NCBI RefSeq assembly: GCF_018350175.1
Contig: NC_058383.1
Coordinates: 4,650,001-4,714,000, forward strand
Direction of reading: 5' to 3'
Length of the DNA: 64,000 bases
DNA from: Felis catus
Taxonomy: Eukaryota
Shown: piece by piece, positions 25,054-46,500 of the stretch
Layout: each line of letters starts with the position of its first letter
Numbering within the stretch: position 1 is the first letter of the stretch
The notes under the pieces: generated by a model
Told to the model about the DNA's origin: nothing
Database searches by the model: none
Seen by the model: the letters and a program-made list of their open reading frames with translations, nothing else
Translations under genes and position numbers: made by a program

Positions 25054-26322
25054 CATGAGCAGGGGAGGGGCAGAGAGAGACAGAGGCAGAATCTGAAACA
25101 GGTTCCAGGCTCTGAGCTGTCAGCACAGAGCCTGACGAGGGGCTCAAACTCACAAGGTGAGCTGTGAGATCGTGACCTGAGCCGAAGTCTGACACTTAAC
25201 TGACTGAGCCACCCAGGTGCCCCTGGACTATAGTTATTTCTTATCCAGCCCCCACACCCCCTTCCCCAGTCCCATTAGACTAGACACCTGTTGAAGGCAG
25301 GTCTTGTCAAAATACCTCCACATTCTCCTCTCCAAACACTCAACACAATCCCTTCCATTCTGCAAATGTTTAAGTTATTTTGAACCTATGAGGTAATCAG
25401 TATTGCCCTTGACCATGAGAGAAAGCATTCATTCATTCACTCATTCATTCACTGAACAAAAACTCCCCAAGTATATCTTATATGCCAAGGACCATGAGGC
25501 GATGAGGATGGGGAGAATGCATGTTGAACTTATGCATCCACATGAACCAAGTCCTACATTAGTCATTTGGTAGGAAAGCCACTTTCTGCAGAAATAGAGT
25601 GGACTCAGCTCCTGGCCGCAGGAACTGTGTATGTCCCCAGTCCACACAGGGAGACAGGTGTGTGCACAGACACGGTGAAGGGCAAGGGGTGGGCATGGGG
25701 TTGGGAACACAGGGCAGGACATGCCTACCGGCTTCCCTGCTCAGTTCTGTCTTGTCATCACGGTGGGAGACGTCTCTGCCCAGCAGTGCCTTCTTGGTGA
25801 CTGGGTGGCATCTGGAGACACTGGGTAGTGAGCAGCCTGTGTCCTTTCTGGGAAGCTGAGCTGGGGTGTGTGTGTGTGGGGGGGGGGTCCTGCCTGTCCT
25901 GCTCCTGACCAGCAACCTAACATCTCTCTCCAGCTACCTGGCCAATGATATGGAAGAAGATAACCAGGCCCCCAAACAGGCCATCTTTTCATTCCTGTAC
26001 GGGAAGAACCGCTCCCAGCGTTCCTTGTTTCACAAACTGCGGTTTCAATTCATCCGATCCATGGGCTGGAAGACCAGGGTGTCCCGGGAAGAGTGTGAGG
26101 AGGTGGGTGGGCTGTGGGGACTTGGGGGGGGTGTCCAGTGGGAGAGAGAGGGGAATATGGAGGGACACGGGATTCGGGATGAGAAAGAATGAAAGCCTGG
26201 ACAGTGGCAGGGAGGGGGGCCTACCTGGAGGCTGTCTGCTCAGGGGGCCGTCTGTCTTCCAGATCCAGGCTTTTGATCCAGAGCTGTGGGTGTGGGGGCG
26301 AGATCGCACCCTCATGCCCTAG
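21230..26322 (+). CDS. SPDYE4: Speedy/RINGO family E CDK activator (SPDYE4-like), join(21230..21338,21826..22023,22646..22704,23208..23293,25934..26102,26263..26322), 226 aa
   Basis: Six GT-AG, phase-consistent exons (109+198+59+86+169+60=681 nt) encoding ...[107 protein letters not shown]...[19 protein letters not shown], a complete Speedy box. Family assignment is firm; exact paralog orthology is uncertain. Confidence 0.9.
21826..22023 (+). CDS. SPDYE-like coding exon 2
   Basis: ctcAG|CC CCC CGG...[10 protein letters not shown]...FNRLL G|GTAGG. Confidence 0.92.
22646..22704 (+). CDS. SPDYE-like coding exon 3
   Basis: cacAG|AA GAT CCT...[13 protein letters not shown]|GTATCG. Confidence 0.92.
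23208..23293 (+). CDS. SPDYE-like coding exon 4
   Basis: catcAG|[30 protein letters not shown]|GTGAGT. Confidence 0.92.
23385..25224. mobile_element. Five Can-SINEs in SPDYE intron 4: 23385-23567(-), 23636-23840(+), 24457-24660(+), 24662-24910(+), 24955-25224(-)
   Basis: SINEC heads and tails in both orientations. Confidence 0.88.
25934..26102 (+). CDS. SPDYE-like coding exon 5
   Basis: ctccAG|[16 protein letters not shown]...VSREECEE|GTGGGT. Confidence 0.92.
26263..26322 (+). CDS. SPDYE-like coding exon 6 (exon continues as UTR to a donor at 26367)
   Basis: cttccAG|[22 protein letters not shown]; donor GAAG|GTAGGT at 26367/26368. Confidence 0.9.
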   Translation: MQAFDPELWVWGRDRTLMP

Positions 26323-27159
26323 AGTTCCCGGGACCACGGAGGCCTGAGGTCATCGGCCTGAGAGAAGGTAGGTCTGTGTCATCAAGGGTACAGGCAGAAT
26401 AATTTATTGTCCACTTAGGAACTCAGAGGAGTCTAATTGCTGGACGCATGCTCATTGGCCCCCATCCCACACATCAGGCTTCCACACACTGTGAAGTGGG
26501 GGCGGCCACACAGCCAGACGCTGACTCACGTCCCAGCCACGAGCTGACAACCACACACCAGGCATGACCTCAGGGAAATATGTGGGTGCCAGAGCTCAGG
26601 AAAACCAGTTTGTCACAGAGGCATGGACTTGGCTGAAATAACTGCATCCAAAGCAATTGGGCCTGAATGAGAGTTTTGACGACATGTTGATTTTTTGTGT
26701 GAAATAGGAAAGTTTCTAATTTTTCCGTATATTGTGTTTTGACTTTCTTGTTTTAACTCATTTTTGGCCTTTAATCCCTGAGAGACTATTAACTCTAGGG
26801 ATTTACTTACAACAAAATAAATGTCTAACAATATGATATTTGATGGAAACAGCCTACCTGTCCAGTAATAAAAGATAAATTATGACTAGCTATGTCTTCA
26901 TCCAAATTTGCTTTCGAGCAAGTTGCTTATGGCCAGACCACATATGCGTTCTTCACCTCACCTGGCCCACTTCCAGAACAGTCTCTTATCTTGTTCAATC
27001 ACACGTTTCCCCTCAGGTTTATGGTCAAGGAAGTTTGTCAGAACGAGTAAAGGTTAAGGAATACCAGTTTCAGCATGGCTTATTGTGATCGACACATAGT
27101 GACAGATTCGGGCAGAGGATTAAGTAAAGATGTGGTCTGAATTGTGCGAACTGGCTCTC

Positions 27160-27520
27160 TTAGTCTGTTCAGGCTCCTATAACAAAGTACCACAGACTTA
27201 CGAACAGCAGACATTTCTTTCTCACAGTTGGGAGACTGGGAGGCTGAGAGCAAGATGCCAGACCGTTTTCTGGGCTGCAGACTGCCACCTTCTCGCTGTG
27301 TCCTCACCACCTTCTCGCTGCGTCTTCACACAGCGGAAAGGGAGAGCTAGCTCACTGGGGTCTCTTTTATCAGGGCACTAATCTCATTTATGAGGCCTCC
27401 ACTCATGACCTAATCATCTCCCAAAGGTGCCACGTCCTAACACCATCACCTTTTGTGTTAGGATCTCAACATGTTAATTTGGGGGGGCGGGGTGGACACA
27501 GGCACTCGGGCCATATAGCA
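27160..27520 (-). mobile_element. MaLR LTR (MLT1A-like)
   Basis: tcttagtctgttcaggctcctataacaaagtaccacagact...catgacctaatcatctcccaaagg...ttaggatctcaacatg. Confidence 0.78.
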
Positions 27521-28000
27521 CTGACCAAATTTAGTACTAACTGCTTTGGTTAAACATTAGGATTCAGGGTTCAAATGGGAGGTTAGGCATCTGGTTTCAT
27601 GGTTCATGATGTTGTTGTGTTGGTGATGTTTGTAGTATGGTTATTAATTCAGACTGTAAGAAGCACAAAAGGACCAAGGTGAGCATTGAGTCTAAAGCAA
27701 CATTCTCTCCTGTTGGTATTACTCCCTGAGAAGAATCACCTAGAGTCCTGGCTACAGCACATGTAGATAACTGGGCCTGACCTTCACCATAGTAAGACAT
27801 TTTTGGAGGCAGGGTCCCCAAGACCAAGGATCAAAATTGAAAATGAACTGAGGTTTAGAATGAAGGATTAAAGATAAAAATGGATTTATAAATCAGCCTA
27901 AACTCTGATTACAATTGACTGGGAATGTGAATAATCTTTTCTAACTGGAGACTTGCCTCCTTGCAATCAACCGGACATCTTCTTTTTCTCTCAATTTCAG

Positions 28001-28830
28001 AGTCCAGGGGAGATGCAGGTTTTCAGCAGGAAGTCCATCTGGATGCTAATGACAGGCCTGAGGAAGGAAGAGAGGAGTCTCTTGTACAGATAATCTGGAA
28101 GAACCTAGAACCTTCTAGAATGAGCTGAATAGAGTTATCACACTGTATTCCTAGGAGTTGGGGGCACGTCTAGGAGTCCATGGAAGGACAATGAGAAACC
28201 AGGGTTTTGTTCAGGGTCTGTCCCTTCCCAGGGCACCACCAAATATTTCAGATTGTTTTAATTCAAATCTCCTCTGAGGTAGAAGTTGGAGGGCCCGTTT
28301 TTTATGCACTGGGACACAGATTAGGAGGGAAGTACTTCAAAAATGTAAAATTAGAGCCAAAGGATTGTTTGTGATAGATAGCCTAACAATATGACGTAAA
28401 TTTCATTGGTTTATTTTGAAAGTCTTGCCCTTAGAATGATTATATTTATTTTTATACTCTATGTTTATGTATTTATTTTAAATAGTTCTGAAATAGTCAT
28501 ACTTTTCAAAACATGCTGTTCCTACAAAGTTTGTGATGAGATTACAGGTGTTACATATATGTAAATATAATTTTGTTTACATTTTCAGGATAGGTTTTGT
28601 GTTATTATATTTATATAATATATCAATTATAAGCAGATGGATAGTTCTCTCAAGTTCTTGTAACTACATTTTTAATTGACATTTACTCTTCATTATTCAA
28701 TTGTGAGAATTCAGTTGTAATTTTTTAACTTGCCTTGATGACACATTTGTATGTTATTTTAGATTATTAAAGAGGATACCACAGTGTGTATCTTGGGGAA
28801 ACATAATAAAGATAAAAAGTCTTCTTACCT
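28001..28830 (+). other. SPDYE-like terminal non-coding (3' UTR) exon
   Basis: Strong acceptor cttctttttctctcaatttcAG|28001; AU-rich body; ATTAAA 28766-28771 and AATAAA 28805-28810; resembles SPDYE 3' UTRs as I recall them. Confidence 0.6.
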
Positions 28831-29543
28831 TCATGATGTTCATAGTCATCCCAAGTCTGCCCTACCTGTTTGTTGTCAAATGATAATGTTGCTTAATGGG
28901 GTTGTGATCACTCAACCACATTTCGTAACTCTGAAAAATAATTCTGACTTATTTTTCACATGGAAAAAAGCAATAGAAGACAAGGCAAATCCTGAGCTAG
29001 AGTTCTAAAGCCGGAAAACAAGGAGAAGATACTGAGGGAGGAAATGGGGAAGAAAGAAGGAAGAAAGTACTATGGGGACCTAGATCTGAAAGTCACAATG
29101 AAGGCAAGGTGACTCAGCAAGATATGCATTCCCAGAGATGGTCCATGGCAAACACACCCACAGGTGCAAGGGAACACACACAGTGTTCATTATTTTAATC
29201 ATAAGGGGAGTCCTTTTCACAACCTCCAATTCCAGTTTACTGTGGTAGAAGGAAGATCCTTTGTGATGAAAAAGGAACAACTAAAAAGAAGTGAAAGTTT
29301 TGGAGAACTTTCTGAGAAGCACGAGAAGGTAAGAGGGGCTAAAGCTGACAAATCAGATAGGCATGGAGAAGAAAGAGCTAATAACATGAATCCTGAATAT
29401 TGGAGGAAACCATCTAGGGATGTGGTAGCACCAGAGAATACTGGGACTGTCCAAAATACCAAGCTTCAGTGTCCCCAGGGCACACCACTCTCCTGGCACA
29501 TAGATGTATATCACCAGTCAGGAAGTTCACCTGAGCCTTGATG

Positions 29544-29564
29544 ACCCTAACCCTAACCCTAACC
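29544..29564 (-). repeat. Short interstitial telomere-type repeat (TTAGGG)3.5
   Basis: ACCCTAACCCTAACCCTAACC on +. Confidence 0.85.
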
Positions 29565-29863
29565 TTGTATTGGGGTTTCATTATGCAAAGTATGATTAAT
29601 TCTATCACTGGCCATACATTGAACTCAATCTCCAGCCCCCTGCCTTCCTCCAGAGACTGAGCTGATATCATGTGGTTCAAAGCCCCAACCCTGTTGGTCT
29701 TCCTGGCATGGCTGGCTCCTATCCTGAGTCACCTTGTGAGCATAAACTCAGTTTTGGTCCAAGAGGCCCATGATGAGTAACAGACACTGCTAGCATTCAG
29801 GAAATTCCAAAGATTTAGAGGCTCTCTCCCAGGAACCAGGGACAGGGACAAGATAAATTCTTT

Positions 29864-30086
29864 TTTTTTTTATTTTTAATTTTTAAATTTACATCCACGT
29901 TATTAGCATATAGTGCAACAATGATTTCAGGAGCAGATTCCTTAATGCCCCTTGCCCATTTAGCCCATTCCCCCTCCCACAAGCCCTCCAGTAACCCTCT
30001 GTTTGTTCTCCATATGTAAGAGTCTCTTATGTTTTTTTCTCCCTCCCTGTTTTTATATTATTTTTGCTTCCCTTCCCTTGTGTTCA
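29864..30086 (-). mobile_element. 5'-truncated carnivore L1 3' end with TSD
   Basis: Poly-T then reverse L1 3' UTR; TSD AGATAA(A/G)TTCTTT at 29851-29863 and 30089-30101. Confidence 0.8.
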
Positions 30087-31386
30087 CCAGATAAGTTCTT
30101 TATACAACACGCTGGCCATGGTCAGGGGTCTGGCAGAACTCAGGTGGTCAGGGAAGGTAAACATTTTAGGACAGATATATCATGGGAGATATTTGAGACA
30201 CTGAAGAAATAAGGATTGAAATAATGGGGTACTCACAGGGATTTGGGATATCTTAGGAGACATGAGAAATTAGGAGATGAATGTAGTTGTCTATATAGAA
30301 GCAGCTAATGACAGTGAGCAACTGAATAAAGAGAGGCCAAAGAAAAAATGTGTGGGGTGGGGGTGCAGTGCTGGTAAATGAGATCAGCTAATAAGCATGG
30401 AGCAATTTCAGAAAGTGAAACCACCAAGGCAAGAAGAGCCACAAGGACAACAGCATCAAATTACAGAAGCTCTAGGAGAGGGACAGCATTCAGACATCGG
30501 ATGCAGTTGATGGACTGAGGGCAGCAGAAAGACTAGATTCACCAGACATGGAAACAAAGAGGAGAAACAGTCTGACAGGAACAGCTTGGAAACAGATATA
30601 ACTTATGAGACACCTAGGAATTAAAACATATATTTAAGAAGCTCTAGGTCTCTGCAGGATGGTAGGTGAGGGCAGATTAGGAAATCGCTAAAATGAAACA
30701 GCTGAATGAAGAGACACAAGAAACAGGACAATGGATTCAAACAATAAAGCAATAACAAACAGGCAAGAAAACAGATGGTCAGGTAACTGATGACAGGGTG
30801 AGATTCGGGAGTGTTTGGGAAACAGAGAGCATGGTGCAGAGCACCATGGTTTCAGCCAAGACACCTAAAGAACCTGGGATCAGGACTGATCCAGTTGAAG
30901 AGGGGTGGGGGGGTGGGAGGGGCAACGCCGCTGAGAAGGGGGTGAGGCTTAAGAAATTTGGAGGACAAAGAGGTGGACCAGCTGAGAAAGTGGGAGATGC
31001 TGGAGGCAACCGAAGGCTGAGAAGGACTAAGAATCTGGGAGCTGCTTCGGAAATGTGAGCTGATGTCACAAGGATGTGTGGCTCTCAATGGTGGGAAAGT
31101 CAGGAACAGGTAGAAAAAGAAGAACAAAGAAGAGTCAGAGCAGCTAGGCTCCGGTGGCTGTGGCAAAAGGAACTGTCTCCGGGGTCTGAAAGGACTGACT
31201 CAATGACAAACAAGGGGTGGTCGCTTTGTAAAGACAAAACACTGAGAAAACTATAAAAGAAAAAGGTAGGAGTGACACAGGGAGGGTCCAGCAGGCAACT
31301 CAAGGGCCCCTGTCTCTTCAGCTACTCCCATCCTCTCAGCTTTTCCGGTAACGTGCAGCCACATACCCTTTACAGCGACTTGCATG

Positions 31387-32519
31387 CTAGATGAGGTGGG
31401 GATTTCTGAGACGTCCCCTAACGTGTGGGCGCTTAGACTTACGGGAAACAGAGTCCGGGTATTGGTCCCGCTCCCGAGGTGGGCTCTGTCAGGCGCACCG
31501 CCGGCGTCGTCCTGCGCATGTGCAGCTCGTTCAGTGTGCGTGTTCGCGCACGCGCAGTGCCGCCGCGCCGCTCTCGCTTCCTGTCCGTGTCCAGGTCACC
31601 GCTGGCCGTGCTTCCCAGGCTTCGGCCTCAGGCGGGCAAGGAACCCTGGGCCTGCGGGGCTGCACGCCGTCCGTCCGGGCCGGCACCCAGCGGGCGCAGA
31701 GCTGTGCGGGCCGGGCGGAGTCTCGAGCGGAGACCCCCAAGCGCGAGCCCCGGAGCCCGCGGGCTGGGCCGGAGTGGCCGGGCGGGCGGCGGCGGCGGCG
31801 CAGAGCGTTGGGATCGGGCCCGGCCCGTTTGCACCCGCGGCGGCCCGGCCGAGGCTCGCGGTACGGCGAGGCCCCAGGCGGCCGATTTGGGCCCCGAGAG
31901 GGTCTTCGGCCCGAAGTGAACTTGTCCCGGAGGCCCAGATCCGGCTCCTCCGGAACGGCGGCCCCGGGAGGCGCCGCGCCAGCTCCGGAGCCCTCGGGAG
32001 CCTCGGGGCAGCTCGGCAGGTCCCGACGAGGTAGGTCGTGGGCTTTCGGGTCTCCAGGCGGTTGTGCATCTTGTGCGCCGCGCCGCAAACGAGGGCGCGA
32101 GCGGCGGCCAGGGAGGGATGGGCTCTCCCCGGGACTTGTGGGGCCCATGTTTCCTGGGAGCGCAGGGGGTCCCCGCGTGGGCTGTGGACGTTCTGTGTCC
32201 GCTCCGTTCTCCAGTCCCGATACCCCTTGCTCCCCGTTCCGCCCTCTCCGTCTTCCAAGCGGGTCTCTAAGCGCCCCTGAGCACCTGTGCTGTGTGCTCT
32301 AAGTGTGTGCCGACCGCGTCGGGCACTGCCCTGTGGCATCCGCCAGTGTAATGCAGGACAAGCCTGAGAGGGTTTGCTGCTGCTGTGGCCGCGGCCGCTG
32401 GGGTGACAGAGGAGGAGGTTGGGCCTGAGAAGGGAGGTGGCTCTTGCAGGGTGACCGAGTCTATGGGTGGGATTGTGGATGCGACTCAACTCCTGCGCCA
32501 ATGTGCTGTCCACTCTGTT
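31387..32519 (+). promoter_or_regulatory. ZNF12: CpG-island promoter, non-coding exon 1 and 5' intron 1 of ZNF12 (right arm of inverted repeat)
   Basis: Very GC/CpG-rich. Inverted CCAAT at 31461; NRF1-type TGCGCATGTGCA 31513-31524 and CGCGCACGCGCA 31545-31556; ETS-type CTTCCTGT 31577-31584; possible ZNF143-like site ~31436-31457 (minus). Strong donor GAG|GTAGGT at 32030/32031. Confidence 0.85.
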
Positions 32520-33016
32520 ACATTTTAAGTCAAAGTAAGTTTCTTAACAAAAGATCCTTTTGAGTAGCACGTTCAAGTGTCTACAAATGATTTAAAGACA
32601 GCCATGCGGGTGCACATCTTTTTACTCAGACCATCCTGCATCCTGTTCTGATCTTAAGTAGTTAAAAGCATGGCTAGAAAATAGATGACTATAACAGAGT
32701 TTCTTTTTGTATTTTCTTTTGAATGATGGAGGTTTATCTCAATAGGATACAGTGTTCATTCTCTAATGAGAAACATATCCACTCAGTGACCATATAGTCA
32801 GGTGCCAGTTGCAGACAGGTGGGTGCTCCCTCATTCTTCCAGTTAACTTCTGAAGATTTAAAGGGACAGTTCCCCCACAGGTTTCTTCCATGGAACTTTC
32901 CAGGAGAGCACTTTCTTGGCAGTGGAGATCACATACACCTTCATCGCTTCTCTTTTCTTTCCCCAGGTCTGCCCCTACTTTCACTGTTGCCCATGTTTTT
33001 ACAAGAGGAGCAGAAG

Positions 33017-44875
<11,859 letters not shown>

Positions 44876-45987
44876 AGTCCGAGAACCCTCTTAGCGTGGT
44901 GAGCGGGCAGCTCCTGCCGTCGTCCCTCAGAGTTCACACGGGTGATGCACACGAATGAGCCTTTGTGTTAGACTTGAAATCTGAGAGTTCACAGGGTAGA
45001 GACCACAGTTGTAACAAGACCACAGTTGTAACAAGGACTCGTTGGATACCAGACTGTACCGAAGTAAACATTTATAAATATGTAGGATGTGTATGAACTT
45101 CACCGTGGACTCAAACTGTTTTACATATCAGGGAATTCATACCAAGGGAAAATCTCTCAATTTAACGAAGGTGGAAAACATACTCCTTTGGAAATTATTA
45201 ATATTAAATGTTTGTGATGTAGTAACAAGCTTCTTGGAACTTGAATAACTGTTGTGAGTAAAGATACTTGTGCAAACAGAAGCTGTCAGATCAGCAGGTA
45301 GTGATCAAGACTGTAGCATCACAACTGACGCTCATACGTGAGTGTTCCTGGGAATGTAGGACTTACGTTTTTGAGGAGTTTTTAAGTTTGTCCACTTGTT
45401 TTTAGGATGCTCCATTACAGGAATTGTATGTTCATTTGAATCATGTTTGAAAAGCCATTGTAACCTTAGTAGAATAATTTGTAAGACATGGTAAGATTAT
45501 CCATTTGAAACTGCTCCACCACGTTAGTACCCTAATACTGTCACTGAACTCGTATCTGATCGTGTATGAAGTACACTGCTTCTCCCACTCTTCCCTGTCA
45601 ATGAACTAAATCGTCTATAAAGAAGCTAATGTTTTTGTAATGTGTTCAACTTTACCTGAGTCAGCAAGAGATAGAAATCTATGCATAAAATAGAAAACCA
45701 TATAGATAATTTTGTTAATGCCAGAAGTTTCCAGTAGTAAGTTTCCTATAGCACTCGTTGCATTCTCTACAGTTAAACAGAAAGACTTAAAGTATTTCCA
45801 TTTGTACTAATTTTTTTTTTTCGATCTGTTCTATTATTTTTTTAGTTCGGATGCCTACATATGTGTAAGTGCGCAGAGCACATATACTGTGTAACTTAGT
45901 AATTATCCGTATTTTTACTTGATACAATAATGTTTTTAAATATTGTGCTCTACTCCTTCCTGAATGAAGAACTCTTCATACGGGTTT

Positions 45988-46500
45988 GTGGCAGACGTTG
46001 GTGAACGACCCTCGTCACTCACTTGTTACTGTTTGCTGGCGGAGTTTGGGTATCCATTCCTCCTCATGGAATGAGGGATAGATCCTGACTAGTTTCAGTT
46101 AATAATGGTAATCCTTTTCTCATTGCCAGCCATTGGTTTAGAGTGGTCACAGGACCCAGTTCTGTGCAGATGAACAAAGGAGAGATCTGACAGGTTATCT
46201 CTGGAAAACATTCCTTCAAAGATTCGAGGGATGAATCATGCAGGGTGAAGTAGAGTCTTCTGTCGAACGTTGCCTTCTCTGCATGGGATGTCTGGTTGTG
46301 TCTTTCAAATACGGATTATAATTTAAGCATGGCCGAGCAGAAATATCAGGAGAACCTGGGACCTAGATGATGACGTTGAGCCACTGAACCAACCAGCCAT
46401 GTAGCTGGGCCACCTCTGGACTGTCTCTTCTGTAGTAGACTAAATTTACTTTTATGCCAGTTGATTTTGGTTGCTCTGTTAGCCATAACTGAAGATACAA
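45988..46500 (+). mobile_element. Old MaLR LTR (MLT1J-like) downstream of the ZNF12 stop, probably in the 3' UTR
   Basis: gaacctgggacctagatgatgacgttgagccactgaaccaacc...cacctctggact. Confidence 0.6.

Larger units (their letters stand above)
29440..30110 (-). mobile_element. ERVL-type LTR (MER21-like) interrupted by a telomeric hexamer tract and an L1 3' end
   Basis: ttgaactcaatctccagccccctgcc...aaagccccaaccct...ggaaattccaaagatttagaggc...ccaggaaccagggaca; family assigned from recollection. Confidence 0.6.

Noticed and set aside
31384-32513. Long ORFs (216, 303, 305, 205 aa) over the right CpG island
   Set aside because: Same GC artefact; they resemble the left ORFs only because the DNA is duplicated.
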